From Syntrophorhabdaceae bacterium (GTDB lineage: Bacteria; Desulfobacterota; Syntrophorhabdia; Syntrophorhabdales; Syntrophorhabdaceae): a stretch of 64,000 nucleotides of DNA. The notes under the pieces were generated by a model. The model searched no databases. It saw only the letters and a list, made by a program, of their open reading frames with translations, and had not been told where the DNA came from. The position numbers and the translations under genes were made by a program. The DNA lies in assembly GCA_963665295.1 (NCBI GenBank), contig OY762209.1, positions 1,888,001 through 1,952,000 on the forward strand, read 5' to 3'. Below, one piece after another: positions 46,699-57,330 of this stretch. Numbering within the stretch: position 1 is the stretch's first letter; each line of letters starts with the position of its first letter.

Positions 46699-47645
46699 AA
46701 TGCAGGGTCTGCGGCGAGGCCGCAACCATCAGCCTGAAAGCGTACAACACCGCCTTATGCGCTCGTGACTTCAACGCCTTCCTGGAAAAAAGGGTCAACA
46801 CCACCATCGAGAAGTACCATCTCATCGAGGAAGGGGATAAACCCATTGTCGCCATATCGGGCGGAAAGGACAGCCTTTCCCTCTGGTACATAATGAACAA
46901 GCTTGGCTATCCGGCCGACGGGATTTACATCGACCTCGGCATCGAGGACTATTCCGGGCCCTCCCTGGGCAAGATCAGGACCGTGGCGGACACCTTGAAG
47001 AGAAAGGTCTACGTTTTTCCTTTCCGGCAGGTTTTCAATAAAGGGATCGAGGAGTTGGCGAGGGTGATCAGACGCCCCCCGTGCTCCGCGTGCGGCATGA
47101 TAAAACGGTACATCATGAACAGGGTGTGCATGGACAAGGGCTACAATACCCTTGTAACGGGCCACAACCTCGATGATGAGGCCGCGGCCCTTTTCGGAAA
47201 TGTCCTTTACTGGAAGGACGAGTACCTCTGGAAAAAGAATGTGGTCCTCGAAGGGACGGAAGGCCACCTCTCGAAAAAGGTAAAGCCCCTGTTCCTCTGC
47301 TCGGAGCGGGAGATGGCCGCCTATGCCATTATCAACAACATCGATTATATCTATGAGGAATGCCCTTTCTCGGTGAACGCCAAGTCTCTTACCTACAAGG
47401 CCATGCTGAACAAGCTCGAAGAGAAGTCGCCGGGCACAAAGCTCCAGTTCATAAAGGGTTACCTGAAGCAAGTGAAGGAAGGGGAGAGGAAGGACGGCGG
47501 CTACTGCGAGACGTGTGGATACCCCGGTTACGGGGGCGTGTGCAACTTCTGCAGGATGCTCGAAAGGTTTCATATAGACCCCAACATATCATTTGAGGAG
47601 TATGGCTCGTGTGACCTTGACACCCCGCAAGAAGTAGTGACATAA
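46695..47645 (+). CDS. ttuA: TtuA/Ncs6-type tRNA 2-thiolation sulfurtransferase
   Basis: CRVC...C; SGGKDS PP-loop; CSACG; TGHNLDD; ECP; CETCG...CNFC. Confidence 0.8.
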   Translation: MKCRVCGEAATISLKAYNTALCARDFNAFLEKRVNTTIEKYHLIEEGDKPIVAISGGKDSLSLWYIMNKLGYPADGIYIDLGIEDYSGPSLGKIRTVADTLKRKVYVFPFRQVFNKGIEELARVIRRPPCSACGMIKRYIMNRVCMDKGYNTLVTGHNLDDEAAALFGNVLYWKDEYLWKKNVVLEGTEGHLSKKVKPLFLCSEREMAAYAIINNIDYIYEECPFSVNAKSLTYKAMLNKLEEKSPGTKLQFIKGYLKQVKEGERKDGGYCETCGYPGYGGVCNFCRMLERFHIDPNISFEEYGSCDLDTPQEVVT

Positions 47646-47651
47646 TCTCAC

Positions 47652-49028
47652 ATGAGTATGATAGACAGCTTCTCTCAGCTAATTTTCAACGTATATGAAG
47701 CATTCACCGTCGCCTTGTTCGTGAGGGAACGGGAAAACCTGAGGTGTATCTCTTCCGTCACCTTTTCCACGAGTTTCGACAGGTCGAGGACGCTCCCCGT
47801 GGAAGGCAGTCTCCCCGGATGGGTCCTGAAGCACAACGAGCCCCTCATCGTCCCGAACTTCGACAAAGACGAGGAGATACTCGGGTATTACGGGAGCCGG
47901 GAAGACATAAAGTCCTTCATGGCCTACCCCGTGGACCAGGACGGCGTGCTGGTGGTGGACAGCAAGAAGAAGTACGTATTCACCGACAAGGAAAAAAAGA
48001 TCCTGGGCGGTTTCGCCTCCATGCTCCACAGGGAGATCGAACGGGGCAGGACGGGCGAGGACATAGAGGACAGGCTCGACGAATTGTACGCCGAAAAACG
48101 GATCGTCGGCCTTTTTGCCGAACTCAACAGGTTGAAGATTTCCGTGCACGACATCTTCAAGGAGGCCCTCCACTATTCAGGGGCGGATTTTTGTTTCGTG
48201 GGGATGGAGAGGAACGGCAGGATTTTCGTGTATGACATTTTCGGGATCGCCCCGGAGGAGTATGTGAAAAAGGAGTGTCCCCTCCGGGAAAGCATCGCGT
48301 CCCTCGTGATGGAAGGCGGCGGGGAGTTTCTCCTTCCCCACAGCAGCGGATACCTGAAGGAAAAGCCCCTCTTTTTTCCGGGCGAACAGTTGAAGACCCG
48401 CCAGTTCTTCGGTTTCCCCCTTATCGCGGACGACATGATCCTCGGGGTAATGGGCTTCGGCTCCCTGTCCGACGCACCCCTCAAGGAGGGCGCCATCGGC
48501 CTTTTGCGGAACGTCGCCTCTCTCCTGTCCCTCTACTATGCATACCTCTGGATGCAGGACCACCTGGAAAGGGTGAAGGAATTTGAACCGGTGACCGGTT
48601 CCATCCAGTTCACCACATTCCTGGGGATTGTGGAAAAGATGATTATCAAAGGGGACAGATTCCATCTTTTGTCGGTGAAACTTCCCCATATCAATGTGTA
48701 TAATAAGAAGATGGGCTTTGAATTCACCAATGGCGTCCTGGGTCAGGTCGCGAAAGTCATACGATACTGCGTGGGGAACGGCGCTTTTATCACGAGAAAA
48801 GGGGGCGGACACTTTTACGCCCTTGTAAAGGGCAGCGACCCCGTGGAGATGCGGAACATCATCAAGCTCCTTAACCATACGATCCGCAAGAGCGTATTTG
48901 AGGACAGGACGTGGGACACGGATTCAGCGGTCGAAGCGGGTTCGTCCTATTTTCCCGAAGACGGCCGGGACCTATGGACCCTCATCGACAAGACGGAACC
49001 CAAAAAAACTAAGACAAGCCACCATTAA
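47652..49028 (+). CDS. GAF-GAF protein with degenerate GGDEF domain
   Basis: GWVLKHNEPLIVPNFD, IKSFMAYP; C-terminal NKKMGFEFTN...RKGGGHF in place of GGDEF. Confidence 0.75.
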   Translation: MSMIDSFSQLIFNVYEAFTVALFVRERENLRCISSVTFSTSFDRSRTLPVEGSLPGWVLKHNEPLIVPNFDKDEEILGYYGSREDIKSFMAYPVDQDGVLVVDSKKKYVFTDKEKKILGGFASMLHREIERGRTGEDIEDRLDELYAEKRIVGLFAELNRLKISVHDIFKEALHYSGADFCFVGMERNGRIFVYDIFGIAPEEYVKKECPLRESIASLVMEGGGEFLLPHSSGYLKEKPLFFPGEQLKTRQFFGFPLIADDMILGVMGFGSLSDAPLKEGAIGLLRNVASLLSLYYAYLWMQDHLERVKEFEPVTGSIQFTTFLGIVEKMIIKGDRFHLLSVKLPHINVYNKKMGFEFTNGVLGQVAKVIRYCVGNGAFITRKGGGHFYALVKGSDPVEMRNIIKLLNHTIRKSVFEDRTWDTDSAVEAGSSYFPEDGRDLWTLIDKTEPKKTKTSHH

Positions 49029-49037
49029 GGAGGGGGT

Positions 49038-50069
49038 ATGGAATTTTTGAAAAAATTGTTTGGCTTTCTCTCGACCCATCTAGCTATGGACCTCGGGACA
49101 GCAAATACGCTCATATATATGAAAGGCGAAGGGGTCATCCTCAATGAACCTTCGGTGGTGGCCATAGACAACTATACGGGAAAGGTGATCGCAGTCGGCA
49201 AAGAGGCAAAGGAATATATCGGCAGGACCCCTCCGAACATCAGCGCCATAAGGCCTCTCAAGGACGGCGTTATTGCGGATTTTGACGTGACCAAGGCGAT
49301 GATCAAATATTTCCTTACTATTGCGAGCAGGGACAGAAAGATCTCGAAACCGAAAATGGTGGTGGGCGTGCCCTCCGGCATTACCCAGGTGGAAAAGAAG
49401 GCTGTAATCGACGCATGTTTCCAGGTAGGCATCAGGGACGTGTTCCTTATCGAAGAACCTATGGCGGCGGCCCTCGGCGCGGGAATGCCCATAGAGCTTC
49501 CCAAGGGGAACATGGTGGTCGATATCGGAGGCGGGACCACGGAAGTCGCCATTATAAGCCTCTCCGCAACGGCCTACAGCGAATCCCTCCGTGTCGCAGG
49601 GGACGAGTTGGACGAATCGATCATGCGGTATCTCCAGAAGAAGCACCAGGTAGCCATAGGGGTAAGCGCGGCGGAGAAACTGAAGATTGAATGTGCCTCC
49701 GTGCTTTCCAATGATTCGAGGCCCGAAGGCATGAGCGTGGTGGGGAAGGACCTTCTCACGGGCATCCCCAAGAGTCTCAAGATAACAAAGGAAGAAATCA
49801 GGGAATCCATCGAGGAACCCATATCCGCCATCATCGATGCAGTGAGAAGGGCCCTGGAGAAGTTGCCCCCCGAGTTTGTCTCGGATCTCAATGAGTCGGG
49901 CATGATCCTCACAGGGGGCGGCGCGCTCCTCAAGGGTCTCGACCGGAGGATCGAGGCCGAGACGGACATCAAGGTCTACGTCACGGACGATCCCCTCCTC
50001 TCCGTAGTGCTCGGGGCCGGTCAGGCTTTGGAGGACATGGCGAGGTACAAGAAAGTCTTCATTTCCTGA
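49038..50069 (+). CDS. mreB: rod shape-determining protein MreB (no mreCD adjacent)
   Basis: DLGTANT, EPSVVA, RPLKDGVIADF, EEPMAAA, DIGGGTTE, LTGGGALL. Confidence 0.93.
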   Translation: MEFLKKLFGFLSTHLAMDLGTANTLIYMKGEGVILNEPSVVAIDNYTGKVIAVGKEAKEYIGRTPPNISAIRPLKDGVIADFDVTKAMIKYFLTIASRDRKISKPKMVVGVPSGITQVEKKAVIDACFQVGIRDVFLIEEPMAAALGAGMPIELPKGNMVVDIGGGTTEVAIISLSATAYSESLRVAGDELDESIMRYLQKKHQVAIGVSAAEKLKIECASVLSNDSRPEGMSVVGKDLLTGIPKSLKITKEEIRESIEEPISAIIDAVRRALEKLPPEFVSDLNESGMILTGGGALLKGLDRRIEAETDIKVYVTDDPLLSVVLGAGQALEDMARYKKVFIS

Positions 50070-50179
50070 CCGTCATCCGAATCTTCCCTGAGGGGCCTGT
50101 CCCTTAAAAAGGGGCGGGCCGCGGTTCTTGAAATTCTTCTTTGTAAATCCGCCTTTTATCGCTATAATGTAGGCGCTCT

Positions 50180-50872
50180 ATGGAAGACTATACCACCTTC
50201 ACCGTCCATGATCTGCCGAAGCCCGAACGGCCGAGGGAGCGGCTTCAGCGATTCGGCTCCGAGGCCCTTTCGTCCCAGGAACTTCTTGCCCTCATAATCG
50301 GGCGGGGCGTATCAAAGCGCTCGGTCATGAGCATCGCCCAGGAACTGATGACCCGGTTCGGAAGCATCAAGGCCCTGGGAGAGGCGACCATAGAGGAGCT
50401 TTCGAGCATCAGGGGCATAGGTATCGCGAAAGCGGCCCAACTCAAGGCCTGCTTTGAACTTGCGAAAAGGCAGGAACTGGAGAAGGACCTCGGCGATTAC
50501 CAGATCACGGACCCCGAGAGCGTGGTGCGGGTGCTCCGGACAAGCATCACGGAAAAGGCCAAGGAACATTTCAAGCTTATTCTCCTCAATACGCGCAACA
50601 AGATCATCCGCATCGGCACCATCTCCGTGGGCACCCTGAACGCGAGCCTCGTCCATCCCCGGGAGGTCTTCAAGGAGGCCCTCATTCACAACGCCTACTC
50701 GGTAATCCTCGCCCACAACCATCCCTCCGGCGACTGCGAACCCTCGGAGGAAGACATCCGCATAACCAAGCGCCTGAGAGACGCGGGCAGCATCATGGGC
50801 GTCGAAGTGCTGGATCACATCATCGTGAGCACCACGAGTTTCTTCAGCTTCAAAGGGAAGGGGCTGATGTAG
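50180..50872 (+). CDS. radC: RadC/JAB-domain protein
   Basis: ERPRERL, HhH, VHPREVF, AHNHPSG..EPS.ED, LDHII. Confidence 0.94.
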   Translation: MEDYTTFTVHDLPKPERPRERLQRFGSEALSSQELLALIIGRGVSKRSVMSIAQELMTRFGSIKALGEATIEELSSIRGIGIAKAAQLKACFELAKRQELEKDLGDYQITDPESVVRVLRTSITEKAKEHFKLILLNTRNKIIRIGTISVGTLNASLVHPREVFKEALIHNAYSVILAHNHPSGDCEPSEEDIRITKRLRDAGSIMGVEVLDHIIVSTTSFFSFKGKGLM

Positions 50873-50913
50873 CTGAAAGCAGTCGGGAGTCAAGGGCCGG
50901 GAAGGGCCCGGCT

Positions 50914-51390
50914 TCAGAACACCCCCGCTTTTACCCCTTCGGCTATGGTCTCGCCCAATTCTATGCAGCGGGACAGGATTTCGGGGGTTATCACTCCTTT
51001 GGCGATGATGGGGTTTTGCACCTTTTTCAGGCGGTATCCCTTTAAGATGCGTTCGATCTGGTTGAGGGCGAAGGTGCCGTCGTTACCCGCGCTGATCACT
51101 ACCGCATAGGGTTTCTTCATTACCCGGACGTCCTCCCGGACGGCCTCGTAGGTCCTGTCGAAAAGGTCCTTGATTGCCCCCGCCATATACCCGAAGTATT
51201 CGGGGGAGCAGATGACCATGGCACTGCAATCCCTCATGTCGTCGGCCGTGGTGTCGCCCGCCCGCTTGAATACCGCTTCCGCGCCTTCCGCCCGGCTGAC
51301 CCCTGACGCCACCGCCTCCGCCATCTTTTGCGTGTTGCCGGTCTGGGAGTGAAACGTCACAAGTATCCTGACCCTGTTTCCTGGTTCCAT
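50914..51390 (-). CDS. flavodoxin-family protein (WrbA-like)
   Basis: SQTGNTQKMA, SPEYFGYMAG. Confidence 0.88.
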   Translation of the reverse strand: MEPGNRVRILVTFHSQTGNTQKMAEAVASGVSRAEGAEAVFKRAGDTTADDMRDCSAMVICSPEYFGYMAGAIKDLFDRTYEAVREDVRVMKKPYAVVISAGNDGTFALNQIERILKGYRLKKVQNPIIAKGVITPEILSRCIELGETIAEGVKAGVF

Positions 51391-51669
51391 GGTGATGGCT
51401 CTCCTTGATCCGGCCCTGGCCGGGATCGAGCCCGCGCGGGGCCTTGCAGAGATATTGTATCACCTCTTGCGCGGGCTGCAAGGAAAATGTAGTACCACTG
51501 CCCGGGCCTGGAGAGGGGGCAGGTCTCCACGCAACGCGAATCCGTCCACGGACAGGCCTCCAGACTTTCAACCGGTGTGACTCGCTGCGTAATGTATCAT
51601 CTAACTAATTGGAATAACATAATGTTTAAAGACAATCCACCTGGTGAAATATTCCGTTCGGTCGGAATT

Positions 51670-51696
51670 TAAGACAATGCGTCAATCGGACGATAA
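51670..51696 (+). promoter_or_regulatory. sigma28 (FliA)-like promoter of the MCP gene
   Basis: TAAG-N15-GACGATAA versus consensus TAAA-N15-GCCGATAA, 52 nt upstream of a chemoreceptor. Confidence 0.6.
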
Positions 51697-51748
51697 GCAC
51701 TTCTGTATGAACTGGATAGCAACAAAATAATCTTGTCCGGAGGCAGAC

Positions 51749-53665
51749 GTGCAGATCTCTTACATCAATAAGTTACCCCTGTCAAAGAAGATAGTGGGGA
51801 CAATCATATTTGCCGTGTTGTTTACGAGTATTATCATCTCTCTCACAGGCTATTTCATTCTTTCCCGTCACCTCAACCAACAGGCAAAGAAAGAGGTCAT
51901 GACCGCTTCATGGGTCGTCGAATCGCACCATAACCTCCTGAAGGAGAAAGTCCTCATGACCGCCTCGCTGCTCGCGGGTAACCCGAGCGTGGCAACGGCC
52001 CTGAAGGAGGGGAAGGGTGAATTTCTCCGGGAACTGGCCGGGAACATCGTAAAGGAACAGGAGGGGATGCTCATTACCATTGCCGATAAAGACGGAGTTG
52101 TTGTGGCGCGCGGCCATTCCGACAAGAAAGGCGACAGCGTCGTCAACCAGATAAACGTGAAAAAGGCCCTCGCCGGTGAAGCTTCCACAGGCATAGAAGA
52201 GGGGACGGTGGTGAAACTCTCGCTTCGCGCGGGTTACCCTGTGAAGGTGGGGGGCGAGATCGTGGGGTCCATCACTACCGGGATCAACCTCTCCTCGGAC
52301 AATGGTTTTGTGGATGCCATGAAAAAGCAGCTCGGCACGGAATGTACCATCTTTCATAACGACACGAGGGTCTCTACCACCATAATGAAGGACGGCAAAC
52401 GGATGACGGGGACAAAGATGGACAATCCCGTGGTCATCGACACGGTATTGGCCAAAGGCAGAACCTTCCACAACATAAACACCATAATGGGGAAACCCTA
52501 CGACACGGTGTACCTGCCCCTCACGGGAGCCGGAGGGCAGATCATCGGTATGCTCTTCATAGGAAAGGACCGGGGTCACATCACCAAGGCCTATACGGGT
52601 ATCATCGTGTCTCTCCTGATCGCCATATGCGTCACCGCGGCCCTGTTGATCACTGCGGGTATCTTTGTGACCCGCTCCATTGTGCGACCCATAAACAACG
52701 TGGCCGAAGTCTTCAAGGGAGTGGCGAACGGCGATCTGACAAAGAGAACGGAAGTGGAGTCCCGCGACGAAATAGGCCGGATCGGCTCATACCTTAACCG
52801 TTCGGTGGATAACCTCCACGGGATCATCGCCAAGGTCGGGGAGAGCAGCACAAGGATTTCGTCCACGGCAAACACCCTTGACGCCGCCGCCGCGGAGATG
52901 GCAGGCGCCATCGAGCGGGCCGCGTCCCAGGCGGATTCGGTTGCCACAGCGAGCGAAGAGATGTCCACAACCTCCACGGAAATTGCGCAGAACTGCGTTA
53001 AGGCCGCAAGAAGCTCCGAGAAAGCCCATAGTTCCGCCGTTACCGGGGCAAAGATCATCGAGAGGACCATAGAGGTGATGAACCGCGTGAACGGGAGGGA
53101 GAAGGAGTCTGCGGCCATCATAATCAACCTCGGAAAACGATCGGACCAGATAGGCCAGGTCATTGAACTGATAAACGACATTGCCGAACAGACCAACCTC
53201 CTGGCCCTGAACGCCGCGATAGAGGCTGCCCGCGCCGGTGAACACGGGAGGGGGTTTGCCGTGGTTGCCGACGAAGTGCGTAAGCTCGCGGAACGGACGG
53301 CTCAGGCAACGAAGGAGATCGGGAGTACCATCGAGACCATGCAGTCCGAGACACGCAGCGCGGTGATTTCCATGGAGGAAGGGGTCGCGGAAGTGGAGCT
53401 CGGCACCAAGGAGACGTTGAAATCAGGCGACGCCCTGAAGGACATCCTCCAACAGGTGAGCACCGCGAGCGCTGAGATCAACCAGATCGCCGTCGCATCG
53501 GAACAACAGACTTCGACTGTCAACGAGATCGCGAACAACATCCAGGAGGTTTCCGGGGTAATGCAGAAAATGGCCGGGAGGATACAGGACAACACGGGGG
53601 AGTACTCGGACCTGTCAGGCCTCTCCAGGGAACTTGAAAAACTGATAAAACGCTTCACGGTCTAG
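51749..53665 (+). CDS. methyl-accepting chemotaxis protein (Cache sensor, HAMP)
   Basis: Two TM segments, [48 protein letters not shown]. Confidence 0.96.
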   Translation: MQISYINKLPLSKKIVGTIIFAVLFTSIIISLTGYFILSRHLNQQAKKEVMTASWVVESHHNLLKEKVLMTASLLAGNPSVATALKEGKGEFLRELAGNIVKEQEGMLITIADKDGVVVARGHSDKKGDSVVNQINVKKALAGEASTGIEEGTVVKLSLRAGYPVKVGGEIVGSITTGINLSSDNGFVDAMKKQLGTECTIFHNDTRVSTTIMKDGKRMTGTKMDNPVVIDTVLAKGRTFHNINTIMGKPYDTVYLPLTGAGGQIIGMLFIGKDRGHITKAYTGIIVSLLIAICVTAALLITAGIFVTRSIVRPINNVAEVFKGVANGDLTKRTEVESRDEIGRIGSYLNRSVDNLHGIIAKVGESSTRISSTANTLDAAAAEMAGAIERAASQADSVATASEEMSTTSTEIAQNCVKAARSSEKAHSSAVTGAKIIERTIEVMNRVNGREKESAAIIINLGKRSDQIGQVIELINDIAEQTNLLALNAAIEAARAGEHGRGFAVVADEVRKLAERTAQATKEIGSTIETMQSETRSAVISMEEGVAEVELGTKETLKSGDALKDILQQVSTASAEINQIAVASEQQTSTVNEIANNIQEVSGVMQKMAGRIQDNTGEYSDLSGLSRELEKLIKRFTV

Positions 53666-53878
53666 CGTCGAAAAGCAAGGCGCATTCCTGACAACCGCCC
53701 CGCCCGCCTTCATTGCGGACGGGGCGGTTTCGCGACGTGGTGCGCCGCCTGCCCGCCCACTGGCGGAAGGCCCTTACCGGTGTTATATTCTATCCATGAT
53801 GACCCGGGCCGGCTCGCGTTTCGCAACGGTTGACGAGACCTCTCCTCTTCCCCGGAAATCGCAAAAAGGGGTGTGCTT

Positions 53879-54286
53879 ATGAAGAAATATATCTTGACTG
53901 TGGTGCTCACGCTCATTGCTCTTACCTCGGGCATGGCAAGGGCACAAGACCCGCACATGATGACAAAGGAGCAGCTTGTTCCCATGCTGGGGAAGGCCGG
54001 TGTAATCATCATCGACGTGCGGACGAAATATGACTGGGATAGCAGTAAGGTGAAGATCCCCGGGGCCGTGAGGGAAGAAGGCATGAGATTCGCCTCGTGG
54101 ATGAAGAAGTACCCCAAGGACAAAACAATCGTCTTCTACTGTGCCTGAGTGAACGATACGGCAAGTGTCAGTTTGACACAGGCATTTCTGAAAGCGGGAT
54201 ATGAAAAGGTTTACTATCTGAAAGGCGGCGTAAGGGGCGCATGGGAAGACTGGACAAAGGCCAGTTGCCCTACGGAGCCCAAGTAG
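53879..54286 (+). CDS. exported rhodanese-like selenoprotein (YCA-Sec; UGA at 54146-54148)
   Basis: Signal peptide, IIDVR, KIPGA, IVFYCA then TGA. The frame continues VNDTASVSLTQAFLKAGYEKVYYLKGG...W...PTEPK*, completing the rhodanese fold. Confidence 0.85.
54149..54185 (+). promoter_or_regulatory. putative bacterial SECIS element
   Basis: GTGTCA-GTT-TGACAC hairpin (54165-54179) beginning 16 nt after the UGA, with G at the start of the loop. Confidence 0.65.
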
Positions 54287-54317
54287 CCGGTTGCGGTGAA
54301 CCGTCCGGAACCCCTTC

Positions 54318-54809
54318 TCACCAGACGAGGTTGAGCGTGTCGCGCCATTTCGCGGAAAGCCTCGTGCCGAGGGACACCCAATGGCGGCTCTTAGAGGGCG
54401 AGAAAAGGACCGCCGCCGACAGCAGGGATATGGCAGGGTCCAGATAGATGCTCCACGACGCCATGGTAGAGCCGATCGCCCCGAAACAGCCGCACTCTAC
54501 GTCCATCCCCCGTGAGAGGAGGATGGCCTTGGTGATCAGGAATGAAATACCCAGCAAGCCTACGCCGAGGGCGCACAAGCGGGTGAGCACGCCCAGGAGC
54601 AAGCCGAGGCCTGTGGCCAGCTCAATGAAGGGAAGGGCCCAACCGAAGGCGATGGCGAGCGGTCCCGGCAGTATGTCCATGTTGTAGACCATGGCCACCG
54701 AGTAATGCCGGATATCGACGAACTTCCCGAATGACGAGACGAGAAAAGTGACGGCGAGAATCACACGGCAGGCAAGTATGATGTGCCGGTTTTCCAGTAT
54801 CTTGTTCAT
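54318..54809 (-). CDS. MauE/DoxX-family redox membrane protein
   Basis: RVILAVTFLVSSFGK, LPFIELATG, ECGCFG. Confidence 0.85.
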   Translation of the reverse strand: MNKILENRHIILACRVILAVTFLVSSFGKFVDIRHYSVAMVYNMDILPGPLAIAFGWALPFIELATGLGLLLGVLTRLCALGVGLLGISFLITKAILLSRGMDVECGCFGAIGSTMASWSIYLDPAISLLSAAVLFSPSKSRHWVSLGTRLSAKWRDTLNLVW

Positions 54810-55075
54810 AGTGAACACTCCAGAGGGAAATCCTTCATATTTTGCTTCTTTTCCATAACCTCACCAGGTCCTCATATACGTGTCCGGACAAGGGCATATA
54901 TTGCCCGGGGAAATTCACGAAGAATTGATTCGCAAACCTCATATATAAGGTGGGTCCCGTTCTTGCCGAATGCAAGGGTGCAACGGGGCAAGATGTGCGC
55001 GGGAGTGAAAGGGGGGAGGGACGCGGGAGTCCAGGGATATGAGACAAAGCGGAAGCGGGTTATACGTTTGGGGGA

Positions 55076-55341
55076 AGGCGGTTGGGGAGGGGGCTTCCCG
55101 GCGGACTTCGCGGCGCTCCGGTTTTACCCTTTGCGCGGTTCCGCTGCCCTCGATGCTCAGTGCGCAGGGAGTTTCAATATAAATGTCCATTGGCAGCCCG
55201 CAAAGCCTGCCGGTTATGACGAGCCTGATCCTCCTGTCCGGCGCATCGTGCCGCGAAAGGCGCGGCACCGGTCACCGGAGCCGGCAGGGTCCCAAAACCT
55301 CCACGAAGCTCGCCGCCGCGAAACCCCCTCCCCAACCGCCT
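55076..55341. repeat. 266-bp segment bounded by GC-rich inverted repeats (MITE/REP-like)
   Basis: AGGCGGTTGGGGAGGGGG (55076-55093) and its exact reverse complement (55324-55341); imperfect pairing continues inward. Confidence 0.55.
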
Positions 55342-55611
55342 AGATAGAAGGGGGTAGGCGGAGGGTATTACTGATTGATATCTGTGAGTTGGAGATGACG
55401 TCTTCTGAGCAGATGTTCGCACGTTTCCGCGGTGCGCTTTGACGGTCTTATATGTTTCATAGTTCGTTTCAATAAAAAGATTACTTAGCGGTGAACGAAA
55501 TCGAGTATAATGTAGCAAGAGCGGTTGTGAAATGTCAGCGAGGTTAAGGGAGGGGAAATCAATACTAAAACACCGCAGGTAGTAGAGAATTTAGATAACC
55601 TCGATGTCACG

Positions 55612-57330
55612 GTGCACTCTAATGAAAGAGCCTTTTCGAGTCTAGGTGCTATATATACACCGGTCGAATTCGCCGGTTTTCTCGTAAAATGGGCTGTTCA
55701 AACCGCCCAGCAAAAAGTGCTGGATGTGGGCATCGGCGATGGCGTTTTTGTATTCAAGACATTCGAACGATTGATTCAACTTCGTTCTGATCACAAAACC
55801 GCACAGGAACAAATATTCGGTTCCGAAATTGACTGTACGACTTACAATCGGTTCCTGGACTTGTGTACTCGCAAGGGACTGCATTTTCCTCATTTACGTA
55901 GCGCAGATTTTTTTACTCTTGAGTTCCCTATGGTTGATGCGATCGTGGGGAATCCTCCTTACGTAAGACGAGCGGCAATCCAGGACGTAGACGACATACG
56001 TAGCTCCATCTTTGAACGGGATGGTTTGATCGGCAAGAATTTATCGAGATTAACCGATTTATGCGTCTACTTCCTGTTATACGCCTGCCAATTTCTTAAG
56101 GTAGGCGGAAGACTTGCGGTCATAACTGCTGATTCTTGGTTGGATGTGGGTTACGGAGAGGGGTTTAAAAAGTACCTACGAGACAACTTTGAAATTGAGC
56201 GACTTATTGCTGTTGACAGGCAGGTTTTTCGAAATACTGAAGTCAAGCCGGTATTAATCCTTGCAACAAAGACCGCCGCTCAGAAAGGTTTAGGTAGCAC
56301 TTACTTCGTAAGGCTAAAGAACGGTTTGTCAATTGACCATGGAATGCGCACAGAAGAGACCACCGGAGAAAATGACTTAATTTGTTCTCGAATCCAAACC
56401 TCAGAGATGGATGAGCGTAGTTCCTGGAGCTTTCACTTTAAGAAAGCCTCCGAATTCAACTTCCTCGCAAGCCATAAACTAATGGTCGCAATGGAGAGCG
56501 TTGCACAGACAAGAATTGGTGTGCAGACTCTCGCCAAACCTTTTTTTATTCTATCAACGGAACGAGCAAGAGAATTGAACCTCGAGCCACGTTTTCTCGA
56601 AACAATCGCTTTGTCTCTCAGGTATTTTGCTTCACCCGTCATAGAATCCCGGTCAGAGAGTCCCCACATGTTGTTTTATTGTTCTGATCCAAAGGAGAGT
56701 TTGAAGGGGACTAATGCTCTGGCTTACATCTTGGATGGGGAATCGGTGGAGGTACCGATAAGGGGGAAAGCCACCCGGGTCAAGGGTTACCACTCTAAAG
56801 ATCGTATCGTTCGGTCGTCTCGAAGACAATGGTATGACCTTAAGACGTCCATAGAAAGACGCGGTCGGGCAGCTATCTTAATTCCAAGACTGATCTACAA
56901 GACATATCGTGTGATATGGAACAAAGCCAGCCTGGTGCCCGGGGAGCTCTTTATTGAATTTCTACCATTTTCGGCCATTATTAGGCCGGAGGTCCACCTA
57001 GCTATTCTGTCAAGCTCTCTGACTGAAACCATGTTGCGAATACGGACCCACGTATACGGCGGCGGGACATATAACATAAACCCGGGGCAGATTGGTAAAA
57101 CTCCAGTGCTTAATGCGGAAGTCATAGATGAACAACAACGGGACGATTTGTGTCGAGCATATACGGAGTATGTCTGTGGAAAAGGCCGAGAGGCGATAGA
57201 TACAATCGTCTATCGCATATTGGGGATTGACGAACGCCAGCGAGAAAGGCTGGAGACGATGTTGAAAGATTTACTTCTGATAGCGACGTCCGCCAAGAAG
57301 CCGCATTTAGCGAATCCACATAGTGTCTAG
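55612..57330 (+). CDS. N6-adenine DNA methyltransferase (gamma-class order) with C-terminal TRD
   Basis: GAIYTP, VLDVGIGDG (motif I), ADFF, IVGNPPY (motif IV), GGRLAVIT; start codon uncertain. Confidence 0.88.
   Translation: MHSNERAFSSLGAIYTPVEFAGFLVKWAVQTAQQKVLDVGIGDGVFVFKTFERLIQLRSDHKTAQEQIFGSEIDCTTYNRFLDLCTRKGLHFPHLRSADFFTLEFPMVDAIVGNPPYVRRAAIQDVDDIRSSIFERDGLIGKNLSRLTDLCVYFLLYACQFLKVGGRLAVITADSWLDVGYGEGFKKYLRDNFEIERLIAVDRQVFRNTEVKPVLILATKTAAQKGLGSTYFVRLKNGLSIDHGMRTEETTGENDLICSRIQTSEMDERSSWSFHFKKASEFNFLASHKLMVAMESVAQTRIGVQTLAKPFFILSTERARELNLEPRFLETIALSLRYFASPVIESRSESPHMLFYCSDPKESLKGTNALAYILDGESVEVPIRGKATRVKGYHSKDRIVRSSRRQWYDLKTSIERRGRAAILIPRLIYKTYRVIWNKASLVPGELFIEFLPFSAIIRPEVHLAILSSSLTETMLRIRTHVYGGGTYNINPGQIGKTPVLNAEVIDEQQRDDLCRAYTEYVCGKGREAIDTIVYRILGIDERQRERLETMLKDLLLIATSAKKPHLANPHSV

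Noticed and set aside
50180..50872. radC as a marker of a mobile element
   Set aside because: Full-length HhH+JAB form next to mreB with host-like GC, consistent with the chromosomal copy.
51400..51748. c-di-GMP riboswitch upstream of the MCP
   Set aside because: No GEMM-type GCAAA/GAAA-tetraloop pattern seen; only a sigma28-like promoter.
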